Positions 26,550 through 35,259 of a DNA stretch of 64,000 bases are shown here, one piece after another. A program made the translations under genes and the position numbers. The first letter of the stretch is position 1, and every line of letters starts with the position of its first letter. The notes under the pieces are model-generated. The model searched no databases, was not told where the DNA came from, and saw nothing but the letters and a program-made list of their open reading frames with translations. Source of the DNA: an uncultured Desulfatitalea sp. (GTDB taxonomy: Bacteria > Desulfobacterota > Desulfobacteria > Desulfobacterales > Desulfosarcinaceae); NCBI GenBank assembly GCA_963668675.2, contig CAXXMB010000001.1, positions 704,001 to 768,000 of the forward strand, in the 5' to 3' direction.

Positions 26550-29192
26550 TCACTGCTGCAGGGGTGACGGGTAGAGCCCGGTTGGCGGAAAGACCAGTTT
26601 GAAGCCGAAGTCGTCATAGTAGATGTTGGTGCTGCCGGTGCCGTATGCGTGCAGTCCCAATTCAGGCAGGCCAAGCGCCGAGCTGGTAGGGGGCGTCTGC
26701 AGATCTGGATGGTAATGGCTCAGGACCACATTGTCGATGGCGATGGCGCCGCCGAACAGATCGGGAATGGAATCGAGATTGGTGACATTGCCGCTATTGA
26801 CCGCATCCCATTGGATGAGGCGGAAATAGTCCTGATCCGCTGTCCAGTTACCCCCTTCTTCGGCAAACCACTCCAGGCTTTCACCAGAACTGCGGCGGGG
26901 GTATGCTAAGGTGTGGGCGTCAAGGGGATCGCTGTTTCCTGGCGGATTCCCGGTTTCGCTGGCATAGTAGGCCTTGATGATATTGGTCTGCGAGTCGGTC
27001 GCAGCGTTGTATCCGTAAACACGCGCGGATCTGCTGCCGTGGCCGACTGTAACGATACGCTCGTTGGATTGGAACTGGGTGCTGTTGGATATATTGTTGA
27101 GCAGAAGGGTGCCGACGGCATTTGTGCCGGCCCAATCGGCGTCGCTTAGCATCGGCGGCGAGATGACCGTTCCCATGGCGCCGCTGGTCAGGCCGTAGAC
27201 ACGATCCCCCATCTCGAACGGTTCGGTGCCACCCTGATCGAAGCTCACCTTGGCGGCTTCCTGGAGTCGAACCGCCAGAGTGGAGTCGTGTGCCGGCCAT
27301 TGGCAGGTAATTCGAATGTCGTCGACGATCCAGCCAAAATCGAACGCATCGGATGAGTTCTTGTCGAAGTAGAATTCGATTCGAATTGTGTGGCCGGCAA
27401 AGCTGGTGAGGTCGGCCGATGCCAACCAGAAGTCCGATATCCTGGAGCTTTTGGAAAAGCTTTGAGATGTTCGTGTGCTCTCATCAACATCATAGATTCT
27501 AAGCTCCTGAACATCCGATGCATCGAAATTCTCCCAGCTTCTGAAGGTCAGGCTTATTTCAGCAGAATCGCTACAGGCGAGTACTATGTCCGGAGATTGT
27601 ATGCTGCCATTCTGGATTGTATCGGTAATGGGGCCAAAACGCAGTGCCGGCTGAGATGGATAGCCGAAACCTGAATAGAGATACCACAAGTTTTCGGATG
27701 CTTCGGGCACTCGGGTCCAGCCGTTCAGGGTCCCGGAATCAAAATTTTCCTCATAAAACAGGGATTGGAGGTTTTTGTAAGCTATCCACTGTCGATTGGC
27801 GCCAACATCGCTCTGATACCACAATACGATAAGTGGCTGGTCATTTATCGGCACAATGTCATTGGGAATTCTGTCGCCCATGCCACTATAGCCTCGCAGA
27901 AAAGAGAGACCATAACCGTTATAGTTTGAGTTTGAAGTGACGGTGTTCAAGCGAAAAGAAAGCCCGGCAGCCACGTAAGCCGGAATCAGATATGGGCTAT
28001 CAGGTAAAGGAGAAAAACCAACCTTGACCTGGGCGTCGTAGCTCATGTACCCGCCGGTGGAGCGGCGATAAGCGTTGAAAATGTCTTCTGTGACCGATGA
28101 TTTGAGCTCTACCAGGCTGCTGTCATCATCCGCCCTGGTGATCCTCATTGCCTGATTGCCGTCCACCTCCGCAATGTCAACCCCGGTAGTTCCGGGGGCG
28201 GTAACGTCCCAGTTGTCGGGCACCGTGTCGGTATCATCGAAGTTGTCCTCCATGGTTCGGGTGGGGGCGGACGATGCGGAGAGGGGAAGGGCGCTGTAGT
28301 AGATCACCTCGCGGTCGGTGCCGGCGGTGGCGCCCCCCACGATGCCCAGGGAGTGGACGCGGGCATAGTTGGTCAGCACCATGGATGCACCGGCGGCGAC
28401 CGGGAAACCCATGCTTGCCTGGTTGGGGTCGCTCACCCCTTCGAACTGGTTGCTGGAGCGGTTGTTGTAGCGATAGTCGAGAACGATGCTGCCGTCCAGG
28501 ATGAAACGGCCGTTGCGCAGGGGAAAGAGCGCGCCTTCGCCCGAATTGTAAGGGAGGGTCCCGCCGGTCTGCAGGGATCCCACGGCATTGCGAACCCTGG
28601 CGGCCGGATAGGCGATGGTGCCGTCCTGCACGGCATTGACAAGCGGGTCCACGGTGAAGGTGATGTTGCCATCCTGGGTGAAGGTTGCCGGCGAGGCGTT
28701 GTTGACGGTGTAGAGCTGGCCGTCGATGCTCAGCAGGCTGGCGCCGGTGCTGACCTGAACCTCGTCACCATCCAGGGTATTGTCCACCGGCAGGCTGCCG
28801 GGCGGATTGGCCGTGATCTGGGTGCTGGTGGCGTTGGCATCTCCGGTAATTTCGTAGAAGTAGCTGTAGACGCGCAGGTGAAATTGGCCCTCGTCGTCTG
28901 CAAGGGTGAAGTTGCCGCCGTCCATGTCCTCTATGGCGGCGTTCTTGTCGGGCTCTGCCGGCCCTGCATTGCGGTAGCGGCTCTCAAGCAGTCGATAGCC
29001 GGATTCGGCCAACAGGTAGGCTTTGTTCGAAAGGGCGGTGATGGCCGCCTGGCGGCTGGAGCTGCTGATCAGGGGGATGAGGCTGGCCGCCAATACCGAA
29101 AAGATCAGGATGGCCGCAATGATGGCGATCAGCGCACTGCCGCGGAGCGCTTTAAGGGGAGTCGTCTTTTGGGGGTTTGTCAATGTTGTCAT
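26550..29192 (-). CDS. Large PilX/MshP-like pilus-associated protein, probable adhesin with a MAM/cleaved-adhesin-like domain
   Basis: PilX-type N-terminus RG|SALIAII...AYLLAESG; beta-rich body; EENFDSG..GW...SPDI...DLTSFAGHTIRIEF...GWIVDDIRI domain. Confidence 0.75.
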   Translation of the reverse strand: MTTLTNPQKTTPLKALRGSALIAIIAAILIFSVLAASLIPLISSSSRQAAITALSNKAYLLAESGYRLLESRYRNAGPAEPDKNAAIEDMDGGNFTLADDEGQFHLRVYSYFYEITGDANATSTQITANPPGSLPVDNTLDGDEVQVSTGASLLSIDGQLYTVNNASPATFTQDGNITFTVDPLVNAVQDGTIAYPAARVRNAVGSLQTGGTLPYNSGEGALFPLRNGRFILDGSIVLDYRYNNRSSNQFEGVSDPNQASMGFPVAAGASMVLTNYARVHSLGIVGGATAGTDREVIYYSALPLSASSAPTRTMEDNFDDTDTVPDNWDVTAPGTTGVDIAEVDGNQAMRITRADDDSSLVELKSSVTEDIFNAYRRSTGGYMSYDAQVKVGFSPLPDSPYLIPAYVAAGLSFRLNTVTSNSNYNGYGLSFLRGYSGMGDRIPNDIVPINDQPLIVLWYQSDVGANRQWIAYKNLQSLFYEENFDSGTLNGWTRVPEASENLWYLYSGFGYPSQPALRFGPITDTIQNGSIQSPDIVLACSDSAEISLTFRSWENFDASDVQELRIYDVDESTRTSQSFSKSSRISDFWLASADLTSFAGHTIRIEFYFDKNSSDAFDFGWIVDDIRITCQWPAHDSTLAVRLQEAAKVSFDQGGTEPFEMGDRVYGLTSGAMGTVISPPMLSDADWAGTNAVGTLLLNNISNSTQFQSNERIVTVGHGSRSARVYGYNAATDSQTNIIKAYYASETGNPPGNSDPLDAHTLAYPRRSSGESLEWFAEEGGNWTADQDYFRLIQWDAVNSGNVTNLDSIPDLFGGAIAIDNVVLSHYHPDLQTPPTSSALGLPELGLHAYGTGSTNIYYDDFGFKLVFPPTGLYPSPLQQ

Positions 29193-29812
29193 GGGGCCGC
29201 CCCGCCTAAGTTGTCTGTGTTGCGCATGTGGACCAGCGTCGAAAAATCCTGGGTGCGACCGGGGGCATCCGGCCGGTTCAGGCTAAGGGTGATTTCGATG
29301 GTGGACAAGAGAGGCAGGTTGAACTGCCAGGCCAGGGGATTGGCGCCCTGGTAGTACTGCAGATCGAAATTCTGGACATCGTCCGCCAGAATGTCGCCAT
29401 CCTCCGGATCGAGGGTGGTCGTTCCGGAGGGAAGATCCGTGTGGAGCAGCAAGGTCTGTTCCGAGGCGTAAAATTGGATCGCAAGGGTCCGCACGGTGGG
29501 AATGCCGCTCACCTCCTGAACGCGTTCGTAGATGATCGATGGATTGGTGCCTTCGTCGATTTGGCGGATGTTGGTCAGCTCGCTCAACTCCCGCATCACC
29601 CGCGTCATGGCAAGGTGTCCCTTCTGGGCGATCTGGCTGTTGGTCCGACTGAAATCGTATCCCTCCATTGCCGCCACCAGCCCCATGCCGAAGATGGAGG
29701 CCAGGATGGCCATCAGTGCCAGTGAGACGATCAGTTCGATAAAGGTGAAACCGCTATCGTCGGACGTGAGGCATCGCATCTGGTTTGGAAAGCATTTCAG
29801 TGTGCGCTGCAT
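29189..29812 (-). CDS. Minor pilin (PilW/MshO/GspJ-like)
   Basis: Prepilin cleavage motif SG|FTFIELIVSL. Confidence 0.85.
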   Translation of the reverse strand: MQRTLKCFPNQMRCLTSDDSGFTFIELIVSLALMAILASIFGMGLVAAMEGYDFSRTNSQIAQKGHLAMTRVMRELSELTNIRQIDEGTNPSIIYERVQEVSGIPTVRTLAIQFYASEQTLLLHTDLPSGTTTLDPEDGDILADDVQNFDLQYYQGANPLAWQFNLPLLSTIEITLSLNRPDAPGRTQDFSTLVHMRNTDNLGGAAP

Positions 29813-29831
29813 CGGTCAACACTCCATAAGA

Positions 29832-30422
29832 TTAACGGGTAAACAGGGCCGTCAAGTGGTGCTGGGTGCCTGTGACGGAGAGGATCACCTTAAGTGTCGT
29901 GTCTGTGGCGTCGCAATTGGTATTTTCCAGCGACGGATCTTCATCGTTGTTTGTATCGAACCCGATGCAGCTGGTCGTCGCCTGGAGCGATACGCCGTTG
30001 GTGTAAGGTCTGCTCGCGTCCCAATAGGTGCCGCTCGTTCCGATCCGGCTTTGCAGGGTAACCAGGGGCGAGGCATCGGTACGGCGCAACAGGCGATAGT
30101 CCGATGCGATATTGTCCATGATCGCCCTCAGGGCCAGGTTTTCATCGATGGTCTGCACCGGAACGTAGCTACGCCGCGTCTGGTTGGCCATGACCTGGAC
30201 CAGGATCGTGGCCAGAACGGCGGATATGACGATGGTGACGATGATCTCGATCAGGGTGAAGCCGGACCGGCTGCGCTGGAGTATGGAAGTATGAAAGTAT
30301 GAACGTAAGAAAGTTAAGGTATTTTGTCGATTTTTGTCTGCATGCGCATCTCCGGTGTATTGCGGCACGCTGTGGGCATTTTTGCGTAAGGATTTAGTGG
30401 TGTTTAGGATCGCTCCGCTCAT
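29832..30422 (-). CDS. Minor pilin (PilV/MshD-like)
   Basis: SG|FTLIEIIVTIVI motif; ATGA overlap with the upstream gene gives an unusually long leader. Confidence 0.82.
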   Translation of the reverse strand: MSGAILNTTKSLRKNAHSVPQYTGDAHADKNRQNTLTFLRSYFHTSILQRSRSGFTLIEIIVTIVISAVLATILVQVMANQTRRSYVPVQTIDENLALRAIMDNIASDYRLLRRTDASPLVTLQSRIGTSGTYWDASRPYTNGVSLQATTSCIGFDTNNDEDPSLENTNCDATDTTLKVILSVTGTQHHLTALFTR

Positions 30423-30901
30423 CGCGCATATCCTGTGTTTTCGATGACCGCTACATCGCCGCTTTGGGTTCCTGTGGAGAGGGTGAGTGTCACTTGGCCT
30501 CCAGAGAATGCTATTAAACCATCGATGATGACAGGCACACCCCAGTTGTCGAAGCTCAGCGTAAAATCCCCCTGGGTGATCGAAACGCCGTCCGCCGAGA
30601 GGTCGATGTCGTCTTCGGTTGCACCGGGAAAGACCTGGCGGTTGGCGATGTTCTCTCTAAACAGCCAGTATGTTCCGCTGGCGTCACTGTACCGGACACC
30701 CCAAGGATCGGCGCTGTTCATGGCACGCATTTGGGCGTAGCGGATGTGGGAGATGAGCACCTGTGAGGCCGATCGGATGGTCACCTCCGGAATGGGTTGG
30801 CGCAGCACGGCTATGGTGGCGAAGATGCTGATGAAGACCAGCACCAGGATGACCTCGAGTAGGGTGAAGCCGTTGTTATTCCGAATGATTTTAATCCGCA
30901 T
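30419..30901 (-). CDS. Minor pilin (FimT/GspH/MshC-like)
   Basis: NG|FTLLEVILVL; IRYAQ.RAM; FDNWG.P. Confidence 0.87.
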   Translation of the reverse strand: MRIKIIRNNNGFTLLEVILVLVFISIFATIAVLRQPIPEVTIRSASQVLISHIRYAQMRAMNSADPWGVRYSDASGTYWLFRENIANRQVFPGATEDDIDLSADGVSITQGDFTLSFDNWGVPVIIDGLIAFSGGQVTLTLSTGTQSGDVAVIENTGYAR

Positions 30902-31065
30902 GACTCCTTCATACCAAATGGCGGTTCAGAAAGAAACAGCGTTGTCCAACCCAGACGGTAATGGTTCGAAGCGAAACGGTTCTCTCCTTGATCCTTTTAC
31001 CCGAAGCTGTTAATCGTGGCAATTGCAATATTAATGTATTCGTAGGGAGTTAGGAGACAATTTCT

Positions 31066-33102
31066 TTGCTTGAACGCTATCGTGCGACGATCTGGGCAGC
31101 CTTATCCCTCCTCGGTCTGCTACTGGCCTGTTATGGCAACAGCTTCCAGGCCTCGTGGCATTACGACGATTTTCACACCATCGTTAAAAACGAACGGGTC
31201 CATATGACCCGCTGGAACTGGGAACAGATGGATCGTGCAATGACGTCCGGTCCATCGCACCAGACCATCTCGCGACCGCTCGCCCGTTTGAGTTTTGCCG
31301 TCAATTACAAAATCGGGCAGCTCGATGTGTTCGGGTACCACCTCGTCAATTTTGTCATCCATTGGTTAGCCGGTCTGGTGCTGTTTCTGCTGATCAGAGG
31401 GACCCTGATGTTGCCCGCATTCGAGGGGCGATACCGGAGCAGGGCGACGCTGATCGCCTGGATAGCAGCCGCTTTTTGGGCGTGCCATCCGATTCAGGTG
31501 ACGGCTGTCACCTATATTGTCCAACGGATGACCTCCCTGGCCGGTCTGTTCTACCTCTCGGCCATGTACGGCTATATGCTCGGTCGCTGCTCGGAGCGGA
31601 AAGGGGTGCGCTGGACGGCATTTGGTTTGTGCGCTTTGAGCTGCAGCGCTGCCTTGCTCACCAAGGAAAATTCCGTGCTTCTGTTCTATTCGCTCCTGCT
31701 CTACGATCTTCTCTTTTTTCAGAGATTGGACAAGGATTCCCTCAGGCGAACCGCTATGATTGGTGTGGGAATTGCCATCCTTTTGGGCGGGTTGAGCCTG
31801 CTCTATCTCGACCCTCAACAGCTGTTTGCCCCCTATTCGAACCGTCCGTTTACCATGCTGGAGCGGCTGCTCACCCAACCCCGGGTGCTGTTTATCTATT
31901 TGGCATCGATTGCCGTTCCCATGACCAACCACATGGCCATCCTGCATGATGTCGCCATTTCACATTCGCTGTTTGATCCATGGACGACACTGCCCGCCAT
32001 CGCTGGCGTCGCCGGCGCTGTTGTGTGGCTGTGCCTGGTGGCGGGGAAATATCGTCTTCCGGCCTTTTGCGGATTGTTTTTCTTTTTGAATCATACAGTT
32101 GAAAGCTCTTTTCTGAATCTTGAATTGATCTACGAACATCGCAACTATGTCCCCACTATGTTTCTCTTCCTCCCTGTGGCCATTGCGGCAGTGCGCAGCT
32201 TGGATTTTTTTTACTATCGGGTCTCATTCCAGGTGGCAATATCGTTTGGCCTGGCGCTTTGGCTGCTTGCCGCCATCCAAACCACCTGGAGCTATAACAG
32301 AACATTTCGCAACGCCGTTTCATTGTGGGAGCATACGCTGGCGGTATATCCAGGTATGAGTCTTCCGTACGTGAACCTTGGAAAAGCGATGTGGTACGCG
32401 GGTGAACGCGACGCTTGCTATCGGCTTATTCGAAAAGGCATCGAGTACGACAATTTCAAAAACCTACAGCAAAAAGGGGTCGCCTATTACAACTTGGGGC
32501 TCTATGCCGTTGATGAGGCGGATGATTTGAAGATGGCGTTGGGATACTTCGAGGAGGCGGTTCGGTTCTATGACGTCAATCCCCGAATTTGGTACGAATT
32601 GGCGCAGGTGAAGATGAAAATGGGGGATTTCGCCTCTGCTGGTGAGGAGATCAGGATCGCTTTGGAAAAATGGCCGAAAGATGAGGATTTGCTGTACCTT
32701 AAAGCGGTGAACGATTTGAAAATGGGGCGCTATAAAGAAGCGCTGGATAGTTCAGGACAGCTGATGCGGGAGAACAGCGGAAAGCACTATAAGGTCGCCT
32801 TGATGGTATCCGCCGAGAGTTACCGCCGTTTGGGCAATATCCAAGAGTCGAAGGCTTCGTGGTCTCGGTTGATTGAAAAGGATCCGGACAATTTGGCGGC
32901 ACTGATGGCGTTGATCGAACTTTCAGTGGCGCAGGGAGAGGAGGCCGATCTGAAGCATTATGTCGATCGAATTTTAACCATTAAAGGTGTGCGGCAATTG
33001 GGAGGTGAGTTTGAAGTCAACCTCAAGAATGAGAATATGATGCCATACGTGCCTGATATAAATGTAATAAAGAAGGCCATACACTATTTTGGCGATGTAT
33101 AG
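31066..33102 (+). CDS. TMTC-like (GT-C fold) membrane glycosyltransferase with C-terminal TPRs
   Basis: W.YDD acidic loop, RPL..LSF..NY..G.L...GYHLVN..IH, HPIQV.AVTYIVQR, KEN, EHRNY.P; many TM helices then TPRs; AGGAG RBS before TTG. Confidence 0.8.
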   Translation: MLERYRATIWAALSLLGLLLACYGNSFQASWHYDDFHTIVKNERVHMTRWNWEQMDRAMTSGPSHQTISRPLARLSFAVNYKIGQLDVFGYHLVNFVIHWLAGLVLFLLIRGTLMLPAFEGRYRSRATLIAWIAAAFWACHPIQVTAVTYIVQRMTSLAGLFYLSAMYGYMLGRCSERKGVRWTAFGLCALSCSAALLTKENSVLLFYSLLLYDLLFFQRLDKDSLRRTAMIGVGIAILLGGLSLLYLDPQQLFAPYSNRPFTMLERLLTQPRVLFIYLASIAVPMTNHMAILHDVAISHSLFDPWTTLPAIAGVAGAVVWLCLVAGKYRLPAFCGLFFFLNHTVESSFLNLELIYEHRNYVPTMFLFLPVAIAAVRSLDFFYYRVSFQVAISFGLALWLLAAIQTTWSYNRTFRNAVSLWEHTLAVYPGMSLPYVNLGKAMWYAGERDACYRLIRKGIEYDNFKNLQQKGVAYYNLGLYAVDEADDLKMALGYFEEAVRFYDVNPRIWYELAQVKMKMGDFASAGEEIRIALEKWPKDEDLLYLKAVNDLKMGRYKEALDSSGQLMRENSGKHYKVALMVSAESYRRLGNIQESKASWSRLIEKDPDNLAALMALIELSVAQGEEADLKHYVDRILTIKGVRQLGGEFEVNLKNENMMPYVPDINVIKKAIHYFGDV

Positions 33103-33140
33103 CCTTCAGCCCAGAATAGATATGGGCGAGGAGTTTGCCC

Positions 33141-33560
33141 TTACAAACCCGGCCTTGGAACTGTCTGGGAGGTTGTCAATGTGGCAACCGGCGTATCGGC
33201 TCTTCCCGTAACGGTAAGGGTGATATCACCCGTGCCGCCTGCAGGGGCTCCAGCACCGCTCACGGTTAGGTAAAAATCCCCCAAGTCTGTGCCTAATTCT
33301 GTTGATAAGTAGTTAATTGTGTCGGGAGCGATGTTGGCCAGCACCTGCTGCGCAAAGTAGCCGTTCACGCGTCCGACAGCCTCAGCTATTCCGGTGCCCA
33401 TGGCTTTCTGTCGGGCTTGGTCCTGCAGGTCGAAATATTTGGGGACGGCAACAACTGCAAGGATGCTCATGATGACGAGAACCGCAATGATCTCCAGTAG
33501 GGTAAAACCAGCATTGTCGAGTGAATGATTCTCTTTTTGATCGTGATTCTCAGTGTTCAT
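33141..33560 (-). CDS. Major type IV pilin (MshA/PilA-like)
   Basis: 18-aa leader, AG|FTLLEIIAVLVIMSILAVVAVPKY; GGGAG RBS; own sigma54 promoter. Confidence 0.88.
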   Translation of the reverse strand: MNTENHDQKENHSLDNAGFTLLEIIAVLVIMSILAVVAVPKYFDLQDQARQKAMGTGIAEAVGRVNGYFAQQVLANIAPDTINYLSTELGTDLGDFYLTVSGAGAPAGGTGDITLTVTGRADTPVATLTTSQTVPRPGL

Positions 33561-33603
33561 TGAATTCTCCCTATGATTCAGTATTTTATTTTGACCACTA
33601 ACA

Positions 33604-33619
33604 TGCACTCAATATGCCA
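33604..33619 (-). promoter_or_regulatory. Sigma54 (-24/-12) promoter of the pilin gene
   Basis: Minus strand TGGCATATTGAGTGCA = GG-N10-GC, 43 nt upstream of the pilin ATG, with an AT-rich upstream region. Confidence 0.8.
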
Positions 33620-33869
33620 CTGATGTAAAGAATAGGCAAATTATTTATTTTGACAAAAATTAGTCAACATTACAGTAAGATAAAATTTTATTAGATGAAA
33701 CACGCACGGAGGCGCATGCTTAATAATGTGGTAAAAACTACAAAATATGTAGCAGATTCTCCAAGAAATATGGTTCTATTTGCTTGGTTTTAGATTTTTA
33801 AATAGGGGGGTATGGTATTTCATGCATATTGGGGATAATTCGAAAACCCATCAACTGCGCATCCCCCTG

Positions 33870-35213
33870 TCAGGTCTTGTAAACGTTAGCATCAATGCTG
33901 TGTTTTTTGAGTCGATGCCAAAGACTGCGCTCCTTGATGCCCAGCAGCCTGGCTGCCTGTTTCTGGACGCCCCTGCTTTGGGAGAGGGCATGGATAATCA
34001 TGTTCTTTTCGAACTCCCGCAAGCGTTGGTCAAGATCCTGGCTGTCTTCGGAACTTTCATCTGAACTTAAACGCAGCTCATGGCTGGGCACGATCGGCCA
34101 GCTCTCGGTGATGGAGGAGGGCAGATGCACCGGTTCGACGGAACTGCCGGACATTACGGATGCCGATTGGATGGCATTTTGCAATTCGCGAACATTTCCA
34201 GGCCACTCATGGGCCATGAGCCTCTGGATGCTGGCTGAAGAAAGTTTTTTGTTCTCCGCCATTTTATTCAGGAAATGTTCGGCCAGAAGAGGAATATCTT
34301 CACGTCTTTCGCGCAGGGGCGGCAGATGGATCAAAAAGACATTGAGGCGATAGAATAGATCCTCTCTGAAAACACCCCTTTTCACCAGTTCGGGCAAGTT
34401 CTTGTTGGTGGCCGCGATGAAGCGGACATCGACCTTGATCGGCTGCACCGCACCCAACCGTTCGATCTGATGCTCTTCAAGTGCCCTGAGCAGCTTGGCC
34501 TGGGTCTCAATCGGCATATCCCCGATCTCATCCAGAAAGAGGGTTCCCTCGTCAGCCAGCTCTATCTTTCCGACTTTGCGTCCCGTTGCACCGGTGAAAG
34601 CGCCCTTTTCATGGCCGAACATTTCGCTTTCGAGGAGGCCTTCGGGGATGGCAGCGCAATTGATCGCCAGAAATGGATGGTTTTTACGGTGACTGTGGCG
34701 GTGGATGGCGTTGGCCACCAGCTCCTTGCCAGTGCCGGTCTCTCCGGCCACCAGCACCATGGAATCGGTCGGGGCCACTTTGATGATCTGGTTGAACACG
34801 GCCCGCATGAGGGTGCTGTGCCCTACGATATCGGGAAAGAGTTCACTCGCCTCCATCTTGCTCAGGATTTCGGTGACCTGATCGAATACACGTGAAAAAC
34901 GATTGATTTCGCCGTCGGTGGATTCGAATGATTTCTTGGTTGCATCGATCTCTTTGATAACACCCATGGTCTGGGTTTTATCGACGAAGCGCTCAACCGG
35001 TGAGATGAGAAATTTAACGACCAGCAAGCCACAGCTGAAGGTGAAAAAGATCAGAACGGCGCCCCAAAAGGCCAGCGGCCACTTGGGCTGTAGGCTTTGT
35101 GAGAGGTAAAAGTGAGTCAGCTGGTAAGCGACCAGAAAAGCCAGGGTCGTAAACCCGGCGAAGATGACCGGGATCAGAAAGTACAAATTGATTTGAAAAC
35201 GGATATCTCGCAT
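33870..35213 (-). CDS. Membrane-anchored sigma54-dependent activator (2TM-HAMP-AAA+-Fis HTH; no receiver domain)
   Basis: Two hydrophobic helices, HAMP-like PVERF...EI.RF...FDQV, GETGTGKE, ESEMFGHEKGAFTGA, FLDEIG, WPGNVRELQN, AARLLGI HTH. Confidence 0.9.
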   Translation of the reverse strand: MRDIRFQINLYFLIPVIFAGFTTLAFLVAYQLTHFYLSQSLQPKWPLAFWGAVLIFFTFSCGLLVVKFLISPVERFVDKTQTMGVIKEIDATKKSFESTDGEINRFSRVFDQVTEILSKMEASELFPDIVGHSTLMRAVFNQIIKVAPTDSMVLVAGETGTGKELVANAIHRHSHRKNHPFLAINCAAIPEGLLESEMFGHEKGAFTGATGRKVGKIELADEGTLFLDEIGDMPIETQAKLLRALEEHQIERLGAVQPIKVDVRFIAATNKNLPELVKRGVFREDLFYRLNVFLIHLPPLRERREDIPLLAEHFLNKMAENKKLSSASIQRLMAHEWPGNVRELQNAIQSASVMSGSSVEPVHLPSSITESWPIVPSHELRLSSDESSEDSQDLDQRLREFEKNMIIHALSQSRGVQKQAARLLGIKERSLWHRLKKHSIDANVYKT

Positions 35214-35259
35214 GATTCGATAGAATAGGGCTGTTTAATTGATGAAGCGGGTGTCCTTG

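Noticed and set aside
26550..29192. Diversity-generating retroelement target in the adhesin
   Set aside because: No reverse transcriptase, no template/variable repeat pair and no CLec-type C-terminus seen
33141..33560. Possible conductive e-pilin
   Set aside because: Mature pilin is 121 aa with 8 aromatic residues by my count and an aromatic-free C-terminal third, unlike short aromatic-dense pilins
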